Source: Trichodesmium erythraeum IMS101 (GTDB lineage: Bacteria > Cyanobacteriota > Cyanobacteriia > Cyanobacteriales > Microcoleaceae). From it: a DNA stretch of 32,000 nucleotides. Under the pieces are notes generated by a model. The model saw only the letters and a program-made list of their open reading frames with translations, ran no database searches and was not told where the DNA came from. The position numbers and the translations under genes are program-made. The stretch is from contig NC_008312.1 in the NCBI RefSeq assembly GCF_000014265.1, forward strand, positions 7,620,001-7,652,000. The letters are read 5' to 3'. The first letter of the stretch is position 1. Every line of letters begins with the position of its first letter. This document shows, piece by piece, positions 25,597 to 32,000 of the stretch.

Positions 25597-26973
25597 ATGA
25601 CTAACTTTTCTTGGACTAAACAATAGTATCCAGTAGCTCCTATAAACTATTTAGATGCTTCTCATCCAACCCCCATAACTTTACTTGGTAAAAAGCTAGT
25701 AATTTGGAGAGACAAACAGCAAAAATGGATAGCAATGGATGATACTTGTCCCCATAAATTGGTGCAGTTATCTTTAGGAACTATTAATCAGAATGGAGAC
25801 CTAATGTGTCGCCATCATGGTTGGTGTTTTGATGGAGCAGGTAAATGTACAAATATTCCAATGTTGAGTGATGAAAAGGCTTTAAAAACTGCTTTTAATA
25901 GTAAGCGATCGCAAGTACAAATATATCCGATTCAAGTCCAACAAGGATTACTTTGGGTATGGCCAGATAATAGTTATACTGCTTTTGAAGATTCCACTTC
26001 AAAACAGCCTGCTGTGATGCCAGAATGTAAACTTGATAGCTCTTCAACAGATTGGTTTATGTTAGAAGTTCCTGTTGGTTATACTGTCTCTCTTGAAAGT
26101 AGTTTTGATCCTTCTCACTCCCAATTTTTGCATGAAGGAATTGCGGGTTTTTCTCCAGAAAGAGCTATTCCTATGGAACATTTTGAAGTATTCGGAAAAA
26201 TGTCTGCTGAAGATGGTTTTACCTTAAAACATTCTGGTTATAATGTTTTTAACAAAGATATGGATGCTATGCGAAAATTTACCCCGCCCTGTTCTAATAC
26301 AACAATTTATGAATATTCTAATGGTAAATCTGCTTTATTTCAATTGTATTTTGTGCCCACTAAACCAGGTTATTGTAAATATATTACTAAGTTTATTTTT
26401 GATGCAGTTCCTAAAAAAAATAACTTCTGGATGGAGCTACTACCAAAGTATTTACTTACTGGCTTACAACACTCATCTAATAATAAGTTAAGTAACCAAG
26501 ATTTATCAATGATGTACTCCCAAGCTGTTAATGAATCAGCACGAAATCAAACTTGGCAAAAATCTTATTTCATGCCCGCATTATCTGATGTTGGTATAGT
26601 TACTTTTCGTAAATGGTTAGATGAATTTGCCGGGGGAAAACCTGAATGGGAAGGAGTTATAGAAACAGGTTTTAAAGAATTAAATGATGAAGAATTATAT
26701 GACCGCTGGCACAGACATACAAAGCATTGTCCTAGTTGTCGAAAATCTTTAATTTTGATAGAGAAAATCCAAGATTTTTGTCAAAATTTTACGGTAGTTT
26801 TAGCACTTTTTGCCTTGTTGCTAATAGCAATAAATTTGCCAACAAAAATTATTTTTATCCCTGTTTTACTAGCGCTATTAAGTTTTATTTCTTCTTATAA
26901 ATTAGACTTAATACGACATAGTTTTCTCAGCAGTATTCCGAAAAAAGGTTTACCTGTAGTCAAATTGTATTAG
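25597..26973 (+). pseudogene. PaO/Tic55-type Rieske oxygenase interrupted by an in-frame amber codon at codon 10
   Basis: ATG 25597 gives MTNFSWTKQ-TAG(25624-25626)-YPVAPINYLDASHPTPITLLGKKLVIWRDKQQKWIAMDDTCPH, in the same frame as the track ORF 25735..26973. Rieske CPHKLVQLSLG...CRHHGWCFD, iron site DPSHSQFLH, PaO-type C-terminal CPSC and TM helices. The stop sits where this family has Trp (W-Y-P-V). Confidence 0.75.
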
Positions 26974-27011
26974 AACAGTAGATAACCGAAAGTCGTAAAA
27001 ATCCCAAAAGA

Positions 27012-27662
27012 ATGTGACAGAAGAGAGTCTGCTTGGTTTATCTTCAGTATTTAAGTGTGAAAATTCCATCCTAGAGTTGATATTGTTTTTGTTCATGGGC
27101 TGGCTGGCTACCCCTGGGGTACATGGCATCCTCAAGGTAAAAAAATAATCAAAATTTGGACTTTTGGCCCTTTTGCTTGAGGGAATATTTACAGGCAAAT
27201 GAAATAGCTGTTAATATCCGGACTTTTGGATATGATGCGCCTCGCTTTGGATATGTTGGTGAGGTAATGCCTCATTTTGACTTAGTAAGTAATCTATGGG
27301 AATATCTAGATATTAACGATATAAGTAATCGCCCTTTAATACTTATCACTCACGGTATGGGTGGTCTAGTTGTTAAAGATTTAATTCGTACTGCTCAAAA
27401 TTTTGATGATAAAAAAGCTATTATCCAACAGACTCAAGGAATAGTTTTTTTGTCTACTCCCCATCAAGGTTCACATTTGGCTAATTTAATTGATAATTTT
27501 TATTCCTTGACAAAAACGACAGTTAATGTTATGCAATTGAGAACATATGGGCCTCAGTTACGGGACCTGAACGAATGGTATCAACAAAATATTGAAAAAT
27601 TGAATATTAAAACTCATGTCCTTTATGAAACTAAGCCTATGGCTGGGGTTGTGGTTGTAAAT
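27012..27662 (+). pseudogene. degenerate paralogue of the 5591-6445 alpha/beta-hydrolase module
   Basis: Nucleotide-level alignment by eye to 5591-~6245 with several 1-nt indels, a GAG to TAA change (tatttaagtgtg) and the nucleophile codon AGT changed to GGT (ITHGMGG, ~27354). Homology stops abruptly at ~27660, where IS-derived sequence starts. Confidence 0.85.
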
Positions 27663-28440
27663 TGGGAACTACTCGAACCTCTGCTAGGGAAACGTCTCTC
27701 AACCAGGGCCAAAACCAAATGCTAATCTCACAGAAGCAGTAAGTGGTATATTCTATATCTTTTAGTCTGGTTCTCATTGGGGTTCTTTGCCCTAGGAGCT
27801 ACCACCTTGGCAAACTGTGTCAAAAAAATTTCGTAAATGGCACGGATATGGCGTTTGGGAAAAAATCAATCATACTCTACGGCGAGAGACAAGAGTCCAA
27901 AAAGCACGAAATCAAGAATTTACTTTAGCAATTCTTGATTTTGATATGGTAAAAGCCATAGCAAAAAGGGGGAAGTATATGGCTTAGATGGTGGTAAAAA
28001 AGTAAAAGAATCTAAGGGTCATATCTTGGTTGATACTCAAGGAATAAATAGTACTAGGAGTAGTGGTAAGTGAGGCAAATATGGGAGAAATCTTAGGGGC
28101 TAAAGCCCTGGTGATGGAACAGGGTGAAAATATTCTAGAAGGACGAATTAGTTTCTGCTGAGTCTGGTTATAGAGGAGCGAAATTGGCGATGGCGATCGC
28201 AGACCTGATTTCAGCAGGAGTCGAAATAGTCAAGGGTAATACTCAACAATTTAAAGTCTTACCTAGAGGATAGACAGTAGAGAGAACTTTTGGATGGCTT
28301 CAGAAGTAACCTTTAGCTGTGGAGTATGAACAACTACCTCAGATAAGTGAAGCTCTAATTTAGACTGCAATGATTAGATTGATGTTAGGAGGACCTGGTA
28401 CTAAAAACTCAGGCCCTTCTTAAGATTTGTTTGACAAATA
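27663..28440 (+). mobile_element. IS5-family DDE transposase remnant, 5'-truncated with many frameshifts and stops
   Basis: Piecing frames together gives WELLEPLLGKRLSTRAKTK / ANLTEAVSGI.Y / FRKWHGYGVWEKINHTLRRE / AILDFDMVKA / GLDGGKKVKESKGHILVDTQG / VERTFGWLQK / EYEQLP...AMIRLMLGG. This is the characteristic motif order of IS5-family transposases. The right boundary is approximate. Confidence 0.75.
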
Positions 28441-28975
28441 GTTTCTCATCTCAGATTATTCATAACATTTATTTCAAATGCTTTAGTAGAAACTAATACT
28501 CTAGATAGTCAACTTCTAGAAAAAAAAGTCAAAATTTGGCATTATTTCAAACTTGCTGATTTATAAAGTAAATATGAAGTGCCTGAACTCTTTACTATAC
28601 TTAAGCTTGGTAGTAAGTTTAATTAATTTTTGCCAAATTACTGAAAGCTCAGTTTACCAATCATCTCCCAGAGTCTTTTTAAATCCTTAGTTTAACTGTA
28701 CTATTTTAAACTTCTGTTTTTGCTACACATATAGTATAATTATAGTTTATTAATTATTCATAATTTTAAAAAGTAGTTTTATAGGTAAAGCTTCCAGATT
28801 TTGTCTAAAAATTTTCATAATTTGCTGATTTTTAACTAATAGTAGGGAAGCTCAAACTAAACTCTAATGATAAAAAAAATAAGGTCTCAAAGCTTTGGCT
28901 TCAGCCAGAAGTACTCTGATAGAAATTCTCTATTAGTCTTTAAAAAGTAACTCAGAAAAATTATGAAAGAACATC

Positions 28976-30172
28976 ATGATAGACTATAAATCCACTTTTT
29001 TGATTATTACATGGTTTACTTTCTTTTGCTTTTCTCCCACTGCGAGTAGAGCGACAATTGATGATTCCAGCATAGGTAAATTTAGTAATCGTACCTTGAA
29101 AGAAACAGAAAACGTACAAGAATCTCATCAAGTTAATTTTCTAGTTCCTCTATATATTGCTCAAGATGGTGACTCAAAAGCTAAGGAATATCAAAATAAA
29201 AAATCAAATTCTTCTGATTCAAAAGTACTATTACTAATTAGTTCTATCCTCAAAGCTTTAGGAAATCAAAAAACACTATTTCTTTTGATAAGTATAATAT
29301 CTGTTCTAGTCACTAGCATAGCGGTTTTCCTTTTACTCAAGTTGTTTGACGATAATGAGCCTAAAGATTTAGATCCAGAGGAAATATCAGAAGTAAATTC
29401 ATCTGATTTAAAAAATAACTATCCTCAACTCAATAGCCAAAAGTCCTCAGTATCTTCCGAAAACTATTCCGTGGCTTATACTGAAAATTCTTTAGATTAT
29501 TTTGTTCCTGAAGCACAAAAAGACTTAGGGGAAAATACTTATGTACCAATTCCCCAAAATAGCTCCAAATCACATTATCAATATCAAGAAATTGAAGCAG
29601 AAACATTTCCTATAGTTGAGAGTAATTCTTCTATAGATCGCAAAGAAGATAATAACTATGAGCAAAAAGAAACTCAACTAAATTCATCAAAAACAATTGA
29701 TAAAAATTATATCGTTCAAGATTCTAACTTTGACAATATTACTCACAAAAATAATTATTCTTGGCCTGAAGTTAATATTGTTGAGCAGTTGATTCACGAA
29801 TTGCAAAATTTTGATCCTAATAAACGACATCAAGCTATTTGGAAGCTTGGTCAAAAAGGAGATTCTAGAGCTGTTCAACCATTAGTTAATTTACTCATAG
29901 ATTCTGATTCTAAACAGCAAAGTTTAATTTTAGCAACTCTCTCAGAAATTGGTACTAGAACATTAAGACCAATGAATAGAGCTTTAGCAATATCACTACA
30001 GAATGATAATGCTGAAGTAAGAAAGAATGCTATCCGAGATTTAACACGAATTTATGAGTTAATAATTCAAAGCACCAACTTATTACAACAAGCAGAGTAT
30101 GACTCAGATCCAGAAGTTGAAGAAACAGCAAAATGGGCTTTAAAAAAGTTAAATAGAACCAATATAAGATGA
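28976..30172 (+). CDS. membrane-anchored protein with C-terminal PBS-lyase-type HEAT repeats
   Basis: N-terminal hydrophobic signal, low-complexity S/N/K region, TM helix (LFLLISIISVLVTSIAVFLLL), then DPNKRHQAIWKLGQKGDSRAVQPLVNLLIDSD..., NAEVRKNAIRDL and DPEVEETAKWALKKL, which are typical HEAT_PBS units. Confidence 0.55.
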   Translation: MIDYKSTFLIITWFTFFCFSPTASRATIDDSSIGKFSNRTLKETENVQESHQVNFLVPLYIAQDGDSKAKEYQNKKSNSSDSKVLLLISSILKALGNQKTLFLLISIISVLVTSIAVFLLLKLFDDNEPKDLDPEEISEVNSSDLKNNYPQLNSQKSSVSSENYSVAYTENSLDYFVPEAQKDLGENTYVPIPQNSSKSHYQYQEIEAETFPIVESNSSIDRKEDNNYEQKETQLNSSKTIDKNYIVQDSNFDNITHKNNYSWPEVNIVEQLIHELQNFDPNKRHQAIWKLGQKGDSRAVQPLVNLLIDSDSKQQSLILATLSEIGTRTLRPMNRALAISLQNDNAEVRKNAIRDLTRIYELIIQSTNLLQQAEYDSDPEVEETAKWALKKLNRTNIR

Positions 30173-30382
30173 AGGGAATAGAGAATAGGAAGTAGAATAT
30201 TGACTTGATCAAATAGTAATGGTTGAGACAAAATTCCAAGTATTTGAGGTACAAATATTAGGTAGTCCTGTATAGTAATGCTAAGAGACTGTTTGTCAAA
30301 AAAAAGCTAAAGATGGCCATGAAAAAGGATTGAAGGTAGGAAAATCAAAAAAATAATGATCACTGTCAAATAACTATCGTGA

Positions 30383-30510
30383 AAATCTTTAGCCATAGCT
30401 CTAAGCCCTCGTGAGTGGGAACTACTCGAACCTCTGCTACCGAAACCTCTTTCAACGAGGGCTAAAACCAAATGCTAATTTCACAGAAGTAGTAAATAGT
30501 ATATTATATC
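30383..30510 (+). mobile_element. 5' fragment of the same IS5-family element as 27663-28440
   Basis: KSLAIALSPREWELLEPLLPKPLSTRAKTKC-stop. Positions 30416-30510 align almost base for base with 27663-27757. The fragment ends where the AGGACTTACG repeat begins. Confidence 0.65.
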
Positions 30511-30585
30511 AGGACTTACGTAAAGACAATATATATAGCGTATACTAAAGAGACTGATCGGTCTATAATTTATAGCGATCGCCTG
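30511..30585. repeat. partial copy of the AGGACTTA-type MITE-like repeat
   Basis: AGGACTTACGTAAAGACAATATATATAGCGTAT...CTATAATTT parallels 25453-25500. I found no matching right-hand inverted repeat, and the extent is uncertain. Confidence 0.4.
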
Positions 30586-30719
30586 AAAAAAACATGATCA
30601 TAACTAATACTAAACATAGGATAGTATAATTACTTTTAGCTCTATGATATATGAACCTATCCCACTAATAAAATGCGATTAATCCAAATATTTATAGTGG
30701 CGATCGCTACAATTGCTTC

Positions 30720-31520
30720 AATACAAGCAGAAATACGCTCCCTTTGTACAACTAGGCAACGATATTTAGGTTGATACTAGGCAAAACAACCCTCTTATTA
30801 AAAATGAGGTACAGAAAATTTGATCGCATTTCCTAGTTTTTTTTGCCTTTCCAAAGTCGTTTTAGCATTTGAAGTCTAATCCCTCTTCCATACCTTGCTT
30901 ATCTTTGTCGTTGACAATGATATCCTTTCTCAGTGGCAATGACTTAGAATTCTTTACGTGGACGACCTCCTTTATCAGTTTTCAGATTCGTACTATCAAT
31001 TTACCGGAATTAGCTGTTATTTTTCATTGCCATTAGCAGGGGTAGTACAGTTAGCTACTGGTTATCCATTTCCTAGGATCAAAGTATAAATTCAAATCCC
31101 CTTCCCTTTATGGCAGCAAGCTACATCCTCTCCTTCACCCTGACAAAGGGGAAAAATAGCCCTCCACGGCTGCGGAGCCATAATTGATTAGTCCTTAGTT
31201 TTCTGCAATTCCTAGAATTTGTCCTTGTAGGTTTTTGAGAGTTCCATCTTCTTCCCAACGCTTCAGCCATCTGTGTGCTGAACCCTTGGAAGCCCAAATC
31301 TCTCAAGTTGTTACATAACAACAACGATAACCTGTTATTTAGGCAGTGAGAAGGATATGATTGTAAATATGGAAATGGAGTATGAGGCATATCTTTACCT
31401 CTTTTTTCTGGTGAAATAGGAAAAATATCTTCAAATAATTTCCATTCTATGTCACTTAATCCTTCAAATATAGCTGAGATATTCTTTCAATTTACCATAA
31501 CTGAGTAAGGCTTATCGTGG
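30720..31520 (-). mobile_element. second, different IS5-family transposase pseudogene (multiple frameshifts and stops)
   Basis: Minus-strand frames give, in order: EGLSDIEWKLFEDIFP...RGKDMPHTPF, IWASKGSAHRWLKRWEEDGTLKNLQGQILG, SAAVEGYFSP, GEDVACCHKGKGI, LILGNG.PVANCTTPANGNE, DKGGRPRKEF, VIATEKGYH. This matches the IS5-family order (LSD.EW, GS...HRRF..W...G, iDgs...akkGG, kGKG, D..G.Pl....AN..E, GRPR, aDKgYd). Boundaries are approximate. Confidence 0.6.
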
Positions 31521-31698
31521 AATAGGCTTTGGGAGTAATGTAATCAATATTTTACCTCTGGTTGACGAGTTCCATTTTCTCTGTTTTACTTCCCCATTGT
31601 TTTATTTTAATTTTTTTTTACAGATACTCTCTAAAATATCAAGTTTCAAAAACTTTTTATGACTAATTATCAGTAATATAATATAACTACTGACTGCA

Positions 31699-32000
31699 TT
31701 AACTGATTCTCAACAATACTCTCCTCAACACATCTTGACTTACCTTATCTGTCACTGTAACTGATCCTATTCCAGTAGGTAAAACAAATCGTACCTTACC
31801 TGCTTTTACCTTTTTATCTGTCTGTAAAGAAACCAAAATATCATCAATATCCAAGCCATCCGGAAGTTTGGTTGGCAAACTAGCTTTTTCTATCAAGACT
31901 AACTGACGGCGATCGCTCTGCTCATCCCACATTCCTAACTCTAATGCTAACCCACTTGCTGCCACCATCCCAATACTGACCGCCTCACCATGAGTCACCG
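31699..32000 (-). CDS. aroB: 3-dehydroquinate synthase, C-terminal part (continues beyond the right edge)
   Basis: [23 protein letters not shown]...[12 protein letters not shown] matches the conserved HGEAV.IGM metal-binding and C-terminal helical region of AroB. The ORF is open to the window end. Confidence 0.7.
   Translation of the reverse strand, partial: VTHGEAVSIGMVAASGLALELGMWDEQSDRRQLVLIEKASLPTKLPDGLDIDDILVSLQTDKKVKAGKVRFVLPTGIGSVTVTDKVSQDVLRRVLLRIS

Noticed and set aside
27663-27690. tRNA-like string GGGAACTACTCGAACC (T-arm-like CGAACC)
   Set aside because: The flanking bases do not form T-stem or acceptor pairings. The segment translates as WELLEPLL, the conserved N-terminus of IS5-family transposases, and recurs at 30416.
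27156-27928. Track ORFs 27156..27725 and 27743..27928 as intact genes
   Set aside because: The first is the longest open stretch of the frameshifted hydrolase pseudogene running into IS sequence. The second is one frame of the degraded IS5 transposase.
31121-31390. Track ORF 31121..31390 (-), 89 aa
   Set aside because: It is one frame of the degraded IS5-family transposase, and the conserved motifs continue in other frames on both sides.

Overview
AT-rich segment, almost certainly from a filamentous (Nostocales-like) cyanobacterium. By eye I count about 15 exact copies of the HIP1 octamer GCGATCGC, and there are heptamer-style intergenic repeats. (i) 1-10.2 kb is a STAND-NTPase neighbourhood. 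It holds a partial NACHT NTPase on the minus strand (absent from the ORF track), a lipoprotein-type TAXI-like binding protein with a TM and coiled-coil tail, an acyl-CoA-dehydrogenase-like protein, and a very large NLR-like gene. That gene combines an alpha/beta-hydrolase, an NB-ARC domain and 22 near-identical 31/32-aa repeats, and is split by a 1-nt frameshift in a C7 run. (ii) 10.5-14.5 kb holds a radical SAM enzyme, a ~570-bp A-rich nested satellite, a DMT/EamA permease and a Rieske oxygenase. (iii) 15.2-25.4 kb is a C-P lyase phosphonate operon, phnD-C-E-E-G-H-I-J-K-L-M, with a Pho-box-like direct repeat upstream and an unexplained 860-nt phnD-phnC spacer. (iv) 25.4-31.6 kb is a decaying region: a PaO-type Rieske oxygenase with an in-frame amber codon, a frameshifted paralogue of the NLR hydrolase module truncated by an IS5-family remnant, a HEAT-repeat membrane protein, more IS5-family wreckage and MITE-like repeats. 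(v) The 3' part of aroB lies at the right edge. The best candidate for a new system is the hydrolase-NB-ARC-repeat gene. Its repeats are nearly invariant at the nucleotide level except for a 4-residue patch, which suggests a diversifying recognition surface. All calls rest on reading motifs in the translations and the DNA; no searches were run. Coordinates I located by hand may be off by 1-2 nt.
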